Program-made: the position numbers and the translations under genes | Shown: positions 35,131 to 43,811 of the stretch, one piece after another | Layout of the letters: each line of letters opens with the position of its first letter | Numbering within the stretch: the stretch's first letter is position 1 | Notes under the pieces: generated by a model | The model's database searches: none | Seen by the model: the letters and a program-made list of their open reading frames with translations, nothing else | Told to the model about the DNA's origin: nothing | Assembly: GCF_035299325.1 (NCBI RefSeq) | Contig: NZ_DATGWT010000041.1 | Span: forward strand, 28,709 to 92,708 | From: Lacibacter sp. | Lineage (GTDB): Bacteria; Bacteroidota; Bacteroidia; Chitinophagales; Chitinophagaceae | Direction: 5' to 3' | DNA: 64,000 nucleotides

Positions 35131-35580
35131 TCAGGTTTTCGGCATACCCTGCCTACGTAGAAAGTTGAGAAGTTCATATAACTGAAATCTTCCAATAGCA
35201 ATAAGATTAATAACAAAAAACCCAGCATTAAAAAACAAGTGTTCCTTCCAGCTCATCTTGTTCAGCACACCACCACAGCTGCAGGGCAAATCAGCAACAA
35301 ACAAAACCATATACAATAAATACAGGGTAAACAATACAAGCAATAAAAGCGAAGCATATAAACCTGCTTTTCTTGTCAGTTCAAAAAACAGGAGCAGCAC
35401 AACAATCAACTCGGTTGCTGGCAACAACCATGCAATCGTGTCTGCTCCCTGGTCAATAAGAGGAGACCTTCTTAAATGAGCTTTAAAAACTTCATAGTTT
35501 ATAAGCTTGCTGATAGCTGTATAGCAATAAAGTAAAATCAACAAATTGCCGATAATTACTCTATGGTGAACAATTTTCAT
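35131..35580 (-). CDS. MauE/DoxX-like redox-associated membrane protein
   Basis: It has four hydrophobic helices and the Cys motif DLPCSCGG between helices, as seen in MauE-family proteins. Confidence 0.5.
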   Translation of the reverse strand: MKIVHHRVIIGNLLILLYCYTAISKLINYEVFKAHLRRSPLIDQGADTIAWLLPATELIVVLLLFFELTRKAGLYASLLLLVLFTLYLLYMVLFVADLPCSCGGVLNKMSWKEHLFFNAGFFVINLIAIGRFQLYELLNFLRRQGMPKT

Positions 35581-35709
35581 CCGTGCAAAATTTAATAGTT
35601 GACGGTTCCTTAATAACGCATGTTAAAATTCTGCAATCAAAAAACAGGATACAAATCAAAGAGGTATTGAAACCGCAGCAAGAAGTATAGAAATTACAGT
35701 AGAGAAAGT

Positions 35710-36075
35710 TTATGCAGTCCTTGTATAGCGTTTACGGTACATGCCGGGAGGCATCCCCGTCTTTTGTTTGAAATAAGCAAAGAAGTTTTTTTCAGAGGTA
35801 AAGCCGCAATCTTTTGCAATGGCTTTAACGGGAAGATTTGTTATTACCAGTTTTCGTTTTGCAAGTTGTATTCGTTGTTGCAGTTGATATTGCTTAATAC
35901 TGCAACCATATAATGTTAGAAAACCGGTTGAAAGCTTCGTTCGGTTCATGCCCGTCATTTTTACAAGTTGCCGCATCGTTAATACAAAACCTGTTTGCTT
36001 GCTGAGCACAACCTTTAAATCAGAAAAGACAATAAGCTCATCTTTGCTGATAAATATTTTTTCAAATCGTTTCAT
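35710..36075 (-). CDS. AraC-family HTH protein (DNA-binding domain only)
   Basis: It shows a two-HTH AraC pattern, ending in IAKDCGFTSEKNFFAYFKQKTGMPPGMYRK. Confidence 0.6.
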   Translation of the reverse strand: MKRFEKIFISKDELIVFSDLKVVLSKQTGFVLTMRQLVKMTGMNRTKLSTGFLTLYGCSIKQYQLQQRIQLAKRKLVITNLPVKAIAKDCGFTSEKNFFAYFKQKTGMPPGMYRKRYTRTA

Positions 36076-36122
36076 AATGATGCATACAAGTCTCCTCTTA
36101 TTGACTGCATCCTATGAAAATA

Positions 36123-36773
36123 TCAGGGCTTAAAATAACCATGCCTTATGGCAAAGATCACCACGCCTATAATATTCACTGAACCTGTTTTTTCAATAAT
36201 CCTTGTTCTTGTTTTTTCAACCGTGCTGATCGTAAGCTTAGTCCGGTCTGCAATCTCCTTTGTAGCATACTGCTCACACAATAGCTTCATAACAGTTAGC
36301 TCAGTTTCTGAAAACTCAATTGCTTCCTTTCTCTGTCCCGCCTTTGTTGCAGCAATCATTTTACTGAGTTGCGTACTCGTCTGCTCACAGAAATATGTGC
36401 CCCCATCCTTTGCCGACTGAATGGCAGTCAGCAACTCCTCCTTCTTACTGCTCTTTAACAGGTAACCATTCGCTCCCGCATCCATCATATCAACAAGAAG
36501 ATGCTCTTCATCAAACATCGTCAGTGCAAGAATACCAACCTTGGGTCTTTGCTGCTTAACAATCTTGGTTACAGCTATCCCGTTTTTTAAAGGCATGGCA
36601 ATATCAGTGATCACAACATCCGGTTCCACTTCATCAATCAATTGTAAAAGTGCGTCGCCATCAGCGGCTTCGCCGGCAATCACAATGCTCTTTTCTTTTT
36701 TCAACACCAGTAAAATACCTTCCCTGAAAAGCGAATGATCATCGGCCAGCACAATTTTTATAGGTTCACTCAT
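36123..36773 (-). CDS. NarL/LuxR-family response regulator
   Basis: The REC domain shows IVLADDHSLFREGI, VVITDIAMP and ILALTMF. The C-terminal LuxR HTH shows LTVMKLLCEQYATKEIADRTKLTISTVEKTRTRIIEK. Confidence 0.85.
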   Translation of the reverse strand: MSEPIKIVLADDHSLFREGILLVLKKEKSIVIAGEAADGDALLQLIDEVEPDVVITDIAMPLKNGIAVTKIVKQQRPKVGILALTMFDEEHLLVDMMDAGANGYLLKSSKKEELLTAIQSAKDGGTYFCEQTSTQLSKMIAATKAGQRKEAIEFSETELTVMKLLCEQYATKEIADRTKLTISTVEKTRTRIIEKTGSVNIIGVVIFAIRHGYFKP

Positions 36774-37518
36774 AACGTTGATTTATAGGTAATGCAAAAT
36801 ATATCTCTGTCCCTTTATTCTTTCCGCAACCCACTTCCATTACTCCGTTTAACACACTCGCCCTGCTCCTCATATTTTTTATCCCCGTTCCATCTGCATG
36901 TTTATTCTTGGCCAATCCAATGCCGTCATCAGTATAAAACAAATGAATGATTCCCTTCCGTTCAAGAATCCGCAATTCAACTGTCATCGCTTTCGAATGT
37001 TTAATGGCATTATGCAATAACTCCTGCACCAACCGGTAAATATGTAGGCCTAATTCCTTATCAGGTTCCTGCTTTAATTTATAGGTTAGCAAAAACTGAA
37101 TGTCACATGCTGTTCTGCATTTACTCAGGAACTGTTCAATGGCTGGTTGCAGCCCCTTATCGTTTAATACAGCCGATGCTAACCCGTTGGCCGTATCTCG
37201 AAAACGTCTGGTTAACTCCTGCATCGATTCTTCTGCTTTTGCAAGGTATTCACGCTCTTCTTCATTCGCACCTCTGCAATTTCTGATCAGCAGGTGTGCA
37301 ACCGAAACCAGTGGCCCTAAATCATCATGCAGGTCTCTTGCAATCCTCGAACGGTCATTTTCCAGTATTCTCGATTCTTGTAAATAATACCGCCGCAAAA
37401 GATCAAAATGTCTTCGGTGTTTGCGGATCATGCTCACCGCAAAATACAGGAACAATGCCCCGATCACTATACTGCCAATGAGGAACGCAGTATATATTCT
37501 CGTTTCAGTGGTATCCAT
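36766..37518 (-). CDS. sensor histidine kinase (HisKA_3 / NarX-DesK type)
   Basis: It has one TM helix, the H-box IARDLHDDLGPLV, the N-box LLHNAIKHS, then DDGIGL and GTGIKNM. It overlaps the response-regulator gene by 8 nt. Confidence 0.8.
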   Translation of the reverse strand: MDTTETRIYTAFLIGSIVIGALFLYFAVSMIRKHRRHFDLLRRYYLQESRILENDRSRIARDLHDDLGPLVSVAHLLIRNCRGANEEEREYLAKAEESMQELTRRFRDTANGLASAVLNDKGLQPAIEQFLSKCRTACDIQFLLTYKLKQEPDKELGLHIYRLVQELLHNAIKHSKAMTVELRILERKGIIHLFYTDDGIGLAKNKHADGTGIKNMRSRASVLNGVMEVGCGKNKGTEIYFALPINQRYE

Positions 37519-38129
37519 AATGTTGCCAGTATAAAAAGGATGTTGGTAAATAGGTTGATATAGCTGAACACAGTGTAGATTTTTTTCCTGAAAAATTCGC
37601 TGTTATTTAATCCGTAAAACCAGAACAGTTCTACAATGATGGAATAAGTAAAATAAATAATCAATCCCATGCTGATTAAAAACACCGGGTTCCGGTACAG
37701 CTTCGCTGATGTTTGAAAAAGCACGGTATGTAAAAGGTTAATCGAAAGAAAAACAAGTATCGTCGAATACCCAATGATAAAATAAGAACAAAAACTACCG
37801 AGGTTACGGTAAAAAAAACATTCGGTCAACCAGCACAAAACAAAAAATAACTGGAGTAACAAAGGCCACATTCTTTTTTTGAATAAATCAAGCTTATAGA
37901 AAAGATGGGTCACAAGACATGCCTCCACAAGTGTAAAAACATTAACAACAGGCGCATTCGAATAATGCTTGTTCGTTACGATAGTGCTGATGACTTCTGT
38001 AACAAAACCCGCAGTTAGCAATAGCGTAAAAGGCAAATAGGCCGGGTCAGTTTTTTTAATTCTGACCCAGCCAATAATTGCTCCTGCTCCTGCCGTCAAA
38101 CTAAAAAGTGCATGTGCTTCAAAATCCAT
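37467..38129 (-). CDS. polytopic membrane protein (about 6-7 TM), possible detached sensor domain of the kinase
   Basis: The 220-aa ORF is hydrophobic. It overlaps the kinase ORF by 52 nt in a different frame. Confidence 0.5.
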   Translation of the reverse strand: MDFEAHALFSLTAGAGAIIGWVRIKKTDPAYLPFTLLLTAGFVTEVISTIVTNKHYSNAPVVNVFTLVEACLVTHLFYKLDLFKKRMWPLLLQLFFVLCWLTECFFYRNLGSFCSYFIIGYSTILVFLSINLLHTVLFQTSAKLYRNPVFLISMGLIIYFTYSIIVELFWFYGLNNSEFFRKKIYTVFSYINLFTNILFILATLWIPLKREYILRSSLAV

Positions 38130-38138
38130 AATGATAGC

Positions 38139-38495
38139 TTAACTGTTTAAAGGCGATTCCGTCGGACAGATATCCGGGCACCTGATACCACGTTCTGCAA
38201 TATCATCCCCATCTTCTGTCGATGTCAATGTTTGCGATGGCAGAATATCATTGCCGTTGGCATCAGTAGGCACAATAATGGCATGTACTTTTAATTGCGT
38301 ATCCATGCCATAATAAATGCGTAAGCCCGCACAACCATTCTTTGCCAGTAACGTATCAAAAGCTGCCCGGTCAAAAGCTTCCGAACGGGCAAGAATGTTT
38401 TGATTCTGGTAAGCAGGCTTAAGAATATTTTCCGACTCCTGTCTGTACAAACTGGTCATGTCAATGGCTTCCTGTAGTGAAATAAAATGGTTCAT
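38139..38495 (-). CDS. hypothetical protein
   Basis: The ORF is intact. The start was chosen at MNHFISLQEA. The gap to the upstream gene is 9 nt. Confidence 0.45.
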   Translation of the reverse strand: MNHFISLQEAIDMTSLYRQESENILKPAYQNQNILARSEAFDRAAFDTLLAKNGCAGLRIYYGMDTQLKVHAIIVPTDANGNDILPSQTLTSTEDGDDIAERGIRCPDICPTESPLNS

Positions 38496-38762
38496 AAAAT
38501 ATTGATTTGGTGAACCACAAAGCACGCGGTTTCACCCATACCGCACAATCCCACTTTCATCATACGCTTTGTCCGTTTTCATCATCCCTTTCGGATGTTT
38601 TTCTCCTCTTGCAGTGCAGGTTTTCTCCATTTCGCAGCGAAAAATAGCCGATTATAAAAGACAGGCAAGGGTTTAAACACCCATTGTGCTTATTGGTCAG
38701 ATTGAATAGTTTAGTACTGGCATTCAAACAATATTTTTTCCTCTGTTGTAAATGCAAAAACC

Positions 38763-38978
38763 ATGAAAACAGTACCCCACCAAATCCCCGCCCGTGTCGT
38801 ACTCTATCCAAAAGACGTAGAGAATATCACCGGCCGTCGTGGCCGCACAGCCCGCACGCTTTTAAATAAGATCCGCACCGCCCTCGGCAAATCAAAAGAC
38901 GAATTCGTCACCATCAAAGAATTCTCCCTCTTCACCGGCATCGATGAAGAACTCATCAAAGATTTCCTCCAAACATAA
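38763..38978 (+). CDS. small HTH-like (excisionase/MerR-like) protein
   Basis: The 71-aa protein contains ...ITGRRGRTARTLLNKIRTALGKSKDEFVTIKEFSLFTGI, which resembles short DNA-binding proteins found on Bacteroidota mobile elements. This is a weak motif-level call. Confidence 0.3.
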   Translation: MKTVPHQIPARVVLYPKDVENITGRRGRTARTLLNKIRTALGKSKDEFVTIKEFSLFTGIDEELIKDFLQT

Positions 38979-39052
38979 AAACGATAAACGGTATCGAACG
39001 CCATCACTAATTCACAGCTAAAAAATCAGATTCACCAATAAAATTTTTACCA

Positions 39053-39505
39053 ATGAAAACAATCAACCTCACCGATCTGAAAAACTACAATTGCGCACTC
39101 ATTGAAGAATATCTCGAAATGCACCCTGCTGTTCTGTATGAAATCATCATCCCTTGGGAACAGCACGAAAGTCCAGGTACCGATCATCTTTCATGCATGT
39201 TCCAATACATCAATGCCGCATATGCAGGCCAATTATTATCCCTCTCTTCATTGTCATTTGGGTACAATGTGCCATCACCATGTCAGTGCACACCCTTTCG
39301 TTTCGAAATCGAACTACCTGTTGCAAACCAACTCCCGCAAACACTGTTAACAATTACAGAAGCCTATTTCACACACGAAGATGCAATGGTCGAATTTTCC
39401 GTGCAGGCAGCACAGTATTACGATGATGCATTCAACGGCATCACCCACTCCAACACCTGGGGCCTCTTACTCATGGCCGATAAAATGTTACCCAATATCT
39501 GGTAG
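39053..39505 (+). CDS. hypothetical protein
   Basis: The 150-aa ORF has no recognisable motifs. Two overlapping alternative-frame ORFs are less plausible. Confidence 0.4.
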   Translation: MKTINLTDLKNYNCALIEEYLEMHPAVLYEIIIPWEQHESPGTDHLSCMFQYINAAYAGQLLSLSSLSFGYNVPSPCQCTPFRFEIELPVANQLPQTLLTITEAYFTHEDAMVEFSVQAAQYYDDAFNGITHSNTWGLLLMADKMLPNIW

Positions 39506-39789
39506 TAAACAATTCACAACGCCAATTCTCCATACCGCAACACCTGCCCTGTTTAATAAAAAAAAAGTGATAAGTGTACACGCACAGGCATTAGCTTCTA
39601 CCCTCATCAAATCCTGATGCATCACCATCAATAGAAACCGTTGCATCGGCATCCTGGAAGACCTCATCAGAGATTCTCTCCAATTATAAAATCAAAGCAA
39701 AAGCTGGTTGCAATTAATTAAAGAGTTGCACATAAGTTGTACAATTGAGTTAAATAGGAGATGCTACAGTAGTATTGTTGCTAAATCAG

Positions 39790-39911
39790 GGCCTTATCCG
39801 AAAACCAGGCTGTCGAAGATCCCGGCCGCCGCGTCGGGATATATTGGTTTTCGGGGTCCTTTTTGGTTACTTTTTGGACAACCTGTCCCGATGAGCGAAG
39901 CATCTTCGGGA
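39790..39911. repeat. nested inverted repeats / hairpin cluster with GCGAAGC loop
   Basis: ccgaaaacca (39798-39807) pairs with tggttttcgg (39845-39854) and encloses atcccg/cgggat (39819-39824 / 39835-39840). A second hairpin, tcccga..gcgaagc..tcggga, lies at 39886-39911. Confidence 0.6.
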
Positions 39912-39930
39912 GCAAAAAGTGACAAAAGAT

Positions 39931-40020
39931 ACTGCAAGCGCAGCGCCGCAACAATCTGTGTTCATCAGTGCAATCAGTGAGCAACCTCTTGTGAGCAAAG
40001 CGAACAATCTCTGCTTCTCG
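39931..40020. repeat. dispersed intergenic repeat, copy 3 (partial)
   Basis: caatctgtgttcatcagtgcaatcagtgagc resembles the gtgttcat..gtg cores at 21245-21260 and 33175-33190. aagcgcagcgc is shared with about 33211. Confidence 0.45.
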
Positions 40021-40028
40021 TATCCTCT

Positions 40029-40055
40029 AAAAAAAGCCCCGAAATAAATCGGGGC
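40029..40055 (-). terminator. rho-independent terminator of the small-membrane-protein genes
   Basis: On the minus strand, GCCCCGA-tttatt-TCGGGGC is followed by TTTTTTT. It lies 17 nt past the stop at 40072. Confidence 0.7.
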
Positions 40056-40071
40056 TCTCTAACCAGCGTAA

Positions 40072-40245
40072 CTATTTCTTCCTCCCAAACATCTTCTTCA
40101 ACACAAAACTCACAATCAAACTCACTGCCGCACCAACAGCAGCAAGGATCGCTGTCTTCACCAAATCATCAGCGTTGATGTTGGCAAAAAGAATCGTGAT
40201 CGTTCCGCCGGCCGTGCCTGTTTTCAAAAACGACGGATGCTGCAT
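40072..40245 (-). CDS. small membrane protein (57 aa; not in the ORF track)
   Basis: The reverse complement reads MQHPSFLKTGTAGGTITILFANINADDLVKTAILAAVGAAVSLIVSFVLKKMFGRKK, with one C-terminal TM helix. The ATG overlaps the upstream stop (TAATG). Confidence 0.45.
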   Translation of the reverse strand: MQHPSFLKTGTAGGTITILFANINADDLVKTAILAAVGAAVSLIVSFVLKKMFGRKK

Positions 40246-40460
40246 TAGTTGCGTTCATTCGTTACAGCCGTCTGGCTCACACTCCCTGCAACCGCACCCG
40301 CTACTGCCAAGTAACCGGCAACTTTGATCAACACCGCAGGCAATGCCACAGGTGCTGCAAGTATTGCTGCACTCACACCCGCCAGTGCCACACCAATATT
40401 TCGCACCTGTTTAAAAAACTTTGGCGTACGTCGCCTTGCACGTTTCAAAATCTTTTTCAT
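40245..40460 (-). CDS. small membrane protein (71 aa)
   Basis: It starts at MKKILKRARRRTPKFFKQVRN, a basic N-terminus, followed by two Ala/Gly/Val-rich hydrophobic helices. Confidence 0.5.
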   Translation of the reverse strand: MKKILKRARRRTPKFFKQVRNIGVALAGVSAAILAAPVALPAVLIKVAGYLAVAGAVAGSVSQTAVTNERN

Positions 40461-40639
40461 GTTTTGAATTTGTGATTTGAAAAAATGATGTTTATAAAAC
40501 AAAGGGCAATACAATTCCTCATCCGCTCAGGAGTTATTTTTTTAACGCAATAAATCATTGCTGAATCCAATGTTGGATTAGGCTCCGTCAGAGAAAGAAT
40601 CGACTGCCCTTGTTTTACTACCAACTAATGACTACCGGC

Positions 40640-41010
40640 TATCGGCTTTTCTTCCTTGCCCATTGCCAATTGTCCATTGCCCATTGGTTTTTCTTCCTTG
40701 GCTTTTGTTCTTTGGACATTGGATTTTCTTCCTTGAACCTTGTCCCTTGTACCTTTCCTTGGCCTTTGGATTTTGGCTCTTGGATTTTCTTCCTTGCACC
40801 TTGTCCCTTGTGCCTTTCCTTGTCCTTTGGATTTTGGCTATTGGGATTTGGATTTTCTTCCTTGTCCCTTGAACCTTGTCCCTTGTGCCTTTCCTTGGCC
40901 TTTGGATTTTGGCTCTTGGATTTTCTTCCTTGCACCTTGTCCCTTGTTCCTTGTGCCTTTCCTTGGCTTTTGGATTTTGCTTTTTGGATTTTGTCTTTTG
41001 GATTTTTATC
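40640..41010. repeat. degenerate tandem repeat (unit about 61-68 bp, roughly 5-6 copies)
   Basis: The core ggattttcttccttg recurs at 40721, 40782, 40850 and 40918, with degenerate versions near 40644 and 40686. The unit is ggattttcttccttgMaccttgtcccttgtRcctttccttggcctttggattttggctctt. Confidence 0.85.
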
Positions 41011-41045
41011 CATCATAAATCCTACATCCTAAATCATACATCGCC

Positions 41046-41801
41046 TCAACTGCCACTCACCTTAACAAGGCTCAATGCATTAAACGCCCCATTCTTCAAA
41101 CTGTACTGGCTGCCATTCACCTCCTGGTAAAACTCAATACCCAATACAAGAAACAGTGGCTTCGTGCTGTTCGCAGTCACCTGGTGGCTGATGTTCAGCA
41201 CAGCAGTTGCTGTGGAGTTAATCGGCAAAGAACCGCTGTCTGCAATCGCAACAACATAGGTCTTGTTTTCAAAATCAATTTCCACACCTGCAGAAACCAG
41301 TTTGAAATGCGTGGCACCGCTCGGTGCAGCCACCATGTTTGTTGGAACAAATGCCGGGATGCTCACACTCAGTTCACCGCTTACCCGGTTGATGTTGGTG
41401 CTGAAAGGTGCAAAAAGTGAAGTACCCAATTTGCTGTTGGCGTTAAACTCAAACCCTTCCAGCAATGCAGCTTCCCCGTCAATCACGTTACGGAGTCCAC
41501 GTTCATTAATGGCGTCCGCCTGTATCACCTTCATCATCTCACGTGTCAGTCGTGAAAGCATGCGGCTGTCAGCTGTGTTAAGTAATAACGAACGGAGCGC
41601 TGTACGCAACACCTTGCCCGCTGAACCGGCCCTGCCAAATTCTGCACCGTTTTCACGGGTGCGGGCAAATGCCGGATCGTTTGCAATACGCTCCTTGTTC
41701 ACGCTTGTTTTTTCACGTGCCAGGTAGCCGTCCTTTGTCTTGTAAAAATTGATGTTCCCGATCGTACCCTTCAATGGAAGGATGCCTTTTTGTTGTGCCA
41801 T
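41046..41801 (-). CDS. conserved hypothetical protein (251 aa)
   Basis: The ORF is intact and has no signal peptide. The N-terminus is MAQQKGILPLKGTIGNINFYKTKDGYLAREK. I could not assign a function. Confidence 0.55.
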   Translation of the reverse strand: MAQQKGILPLKGTIGNINFYKTKDGYLAREKTSVNKERIANDPAFARTRENGAEFGRAGSAGKVLRTALRSLLLNTADSRMLSRLTREMMKVIQADAINERGLRNVIDGEAALLEGFEFNANSKLGTSLFAPFSTNINRVSGELSVSIPAFVPTNMVAAPSGATHFKLVSAGVEIDFENKTYVVAIADSGSLPINSTATAVLNISHQVTANSTKPLFLVLGIEFYQEVNGSQYSLKNGAFNALSLVKVSGS

Positions 41802-42050
41802 CGGATTCTGTTTTAATAATCAAAAAATGAAAAGTGTTCAGGGTACACCCCTTTAAAACCCGTCAGTTGCAACGACACAACAAGATTACAAACACATAAA
41901 AGGGAAAGAAAATCAAACGGCCGTTTTTGCCGCATTTAGCCATATTTGTTCATTTATGCCGGAAAGGGCATACTAGCTATATAGAGCGTATATACTGCCT
42001 ATATTAACCCTGTATAGCAGGGTGTCAGGGGAAATTTAAGAAAAAGAGAA

Positions 42051-42836
42051 TTACTTGTTTGCCTGCGCCAGAAACTTATCCAAAGCCGACACCATACTAG
42101 GTGCCTGCGGATCGGGTGCTTTAATCTGTAATTGCAGACCGGCTTCTTCAACCGCTTTAAAGGTATTGGCACCAAATGCGCCGATAAATGTTCCGTTTTG
42201 TTTGTACTTCGGTAAATTCTCAATGAGGCTTTTTACACCACTTGGTGTAAAAAAACAAATGATGTCAAAGTCGCCTGTAGTGATCAGGTCTTTTACATCA
42301 TTGCTTACCGTTTTATAGAGGATAGGTGTTGCAAATTCACAGTTATGATTACGGAGCCAGCTCGTGATCTCGTTATCGAGGTTTTCACTGCAGGGGTATA
42401 AAAACTTTTCGTTGCTCTTATGTTTGTTCACCACATCAAACAAACTTTTATTGGTGCCATCAGCACCATAAAAAACTTTACGTTTCCGGTAAAGGATAAA
42501 CTTCTGGAGGTATAAAGCCACAGCTTCAGTAATGCAGAAATATTTTGTTTCCTGCGAAACTGATATCCTCATTTCTTCGCAGGTGCGGAAAAAATGATCA
42601 ATGGAATTCCGGCTGGTGAAAATAACAGCAGAATAGGCTGTTATATCGATCTTTTGTTTTCTGAATTCTTTAGAAGGGATTCCTTCAATACGTATAAAAG
42701 GCTGAAAGGACAACTGTAAGTTGTATTTCCTGGCAAGCTCATAGTATGGCGACTTATCGGATTCAGGCCTTGGCTGCGTTATCAGGATATTTTTGATCGC
42801 TTTCTCTTTAGTGGGCTTCATACCGTGTTTTTCCAT
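42051..42836 (-). CDS. hemD: uroporphyrinogen-III synthase
   Basis: It shows the Bacteroidota HemD-like pattern ILITQPRPESDKSPYYELARKYNLQLSFQPFIRIE...YSAVIFTSRNSIDHFFRTCEEMR. It has a two-lobed size of about 255 aa and lies next to a DUF4271-like gene, as is common. Confidence 0.6.
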   Translation of the reverse strand: MEKHGMKPTKEKAIKNILITQPRPESDKSPYYELARKYNLQLSFQPFIRIEGIPSKEFRKQKIDITAYSAVIFTSRNSIDHFFRTCEEMRISVSQETKYFCITEAVALYLQKFILYRKRKVFYGADGTNKSLFDVVNKHKSNEKFLYPCSENLDNEITSWLRNHNCEFATPILYKTVSNDVKDLITTGDFDIICFFTPSGVKSLIENLPKYKQNGTFIGAFGANTFKAVEEAGLQLQIKAPDPQAPSMVSALDKFLAQANK

Positions 42837-42877
42837 ACGTGGAAAAGGAAAATTTCTGCAAAGGTAAGTACAATTGT

Positions 42878-43774
42878 TTATAAAAAACCAAGGATAAGCT
42901 TATAGATAACCAGCAGGGGGGCAATCTCAAAAGCCAGGAAAAAAATGAAAAAATGGAACCTGCCCACCTTTATTTCGGCCTGCACCGGGCGGTAAGCCCG
43001 CAGAAAACGGTAAAGAAACAGTCCCACAATCACAACCAATGAAATAGTAATGGCAATGCCGGCCAATTCTTTTTCAGCAAAAGCAATCACAAACAGGAAA
43101 GGAAGCAGGATGATCCCAACAATCTTATTGATCAGGAAAACAATAAACGAATAGGTTTCTGCAGCATTCTTCATACCAAACAACCAGCCGCTCACTTGTA
43201 GAAAAACATACTTGCCAAGGTACATCAGGGCAATGGTTGCGGTTGTAACCAGCGGAATAAACAGGTCGGGCAGCTTAACCGATACATCAAAATAACTGAT
43301 GAGCAGGTACACATATGTGCCGGCTGCCACGGCAAAAAACAAATTGAACAATAACGACTGCAGACCCGATTGTACTAACTGTTCCCTGATCTGGTTCACA
43401 CGTAAAGATGTGCGGAAGAACACCCGGAACATATCATTGAAATAACGCAGGTAAGTGATACGCAGCAACCCAAACAATAATGCAATACCCAGAATATAGT
43501 AAAACAGCCAATCCCTGTTTTCAACCTGCTTTTCTTTTTCGATCTGGAACTGTGGCTTTGCAAAAAGATTCAACCTGCTTTTTGCAAGAATAGTTTTGTA
43601 AGAAGAATCAAATGAAACCAGCGGTACTGTTTGCACTTGCTGAAGGGTATCTTCTGCAACTGGCAGCTGCGCACTCACAGAAACACTGTCAGGCTTCTGC
43701 TGCACAACAGAAGTATCCTGTGCTGCAACAGTAAATTGAACCGATAAAAGAAATAAGAGTAAAAGTAAGCGCAT
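42878..43774 (-). CDS. polytopic membrane protein (DUF4271-like)
   Basis: It has a signal peptide, a Gln/Val-rich linker, then six or more TM helices. It shows synteny with hemD. Confidence 0.5.
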   Translation of the reverse strand: MRLLLLLFLLSVQFTVAAQDTSVVQQKPDSVSVSAQLPVAEDTLQQVQTVPLVSFDSSYKTILAKSRLNLFAKPQFQIEKEKQVENRDWLFYYILGIALLFGLLRITYLRYFNDMFRVFFRTSLRVNQIREQLVQSGLQSLLFNLFFAVAAGTYVYLLISYFDVSVKLPDLFIPLVTTATIALMYLGKYVFLQVSGWLFGMKNAAETYSFIVFLINKIVGIILLPFLFVIAFAEKELAGIAITISLVVIVGLFLYRFLRAYRPVQAEIKVGRFHFFIFFLAFEIAPLLVIYKLILGFL

Positions 43775-43811
43775 GGGTTGGTTGCAAAAATAATCAAGCG
43801 ATCTTCAACCA

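Noticed and set aside
38560-39007. ORFs 38560-38811 (-), 38684-38869 (+) and 38804-39007 (-).
   Set aside because: They overlap one another, are Arg/Cys-rich, and have no motifs. Only the 71-aa HTH-like ORF (38763-38978) looks protein-like.
40610-41130. Five overlapping ORFs on both strands across the tandem repeat, including a Lys-rich 125-aa ORF and several Phe/Leu/Trp-rich ORFs. I also considered whether the repeat is a CRISPR array.
   Set aside because: Open frames in several phases on both strands are the expected artefact of a stop-poor simple repeat. The units are contiguous and degenerate, with no unique spacers, so it is not a CRISPR array.
41990-42050. A weak hairpin (ccctg-tatag-caggg) downstream of hemD as a possible terminator.
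   Set aside because: The stem is only 5 bp and no T-tract follows it on the minus strand. This is insufficient support.
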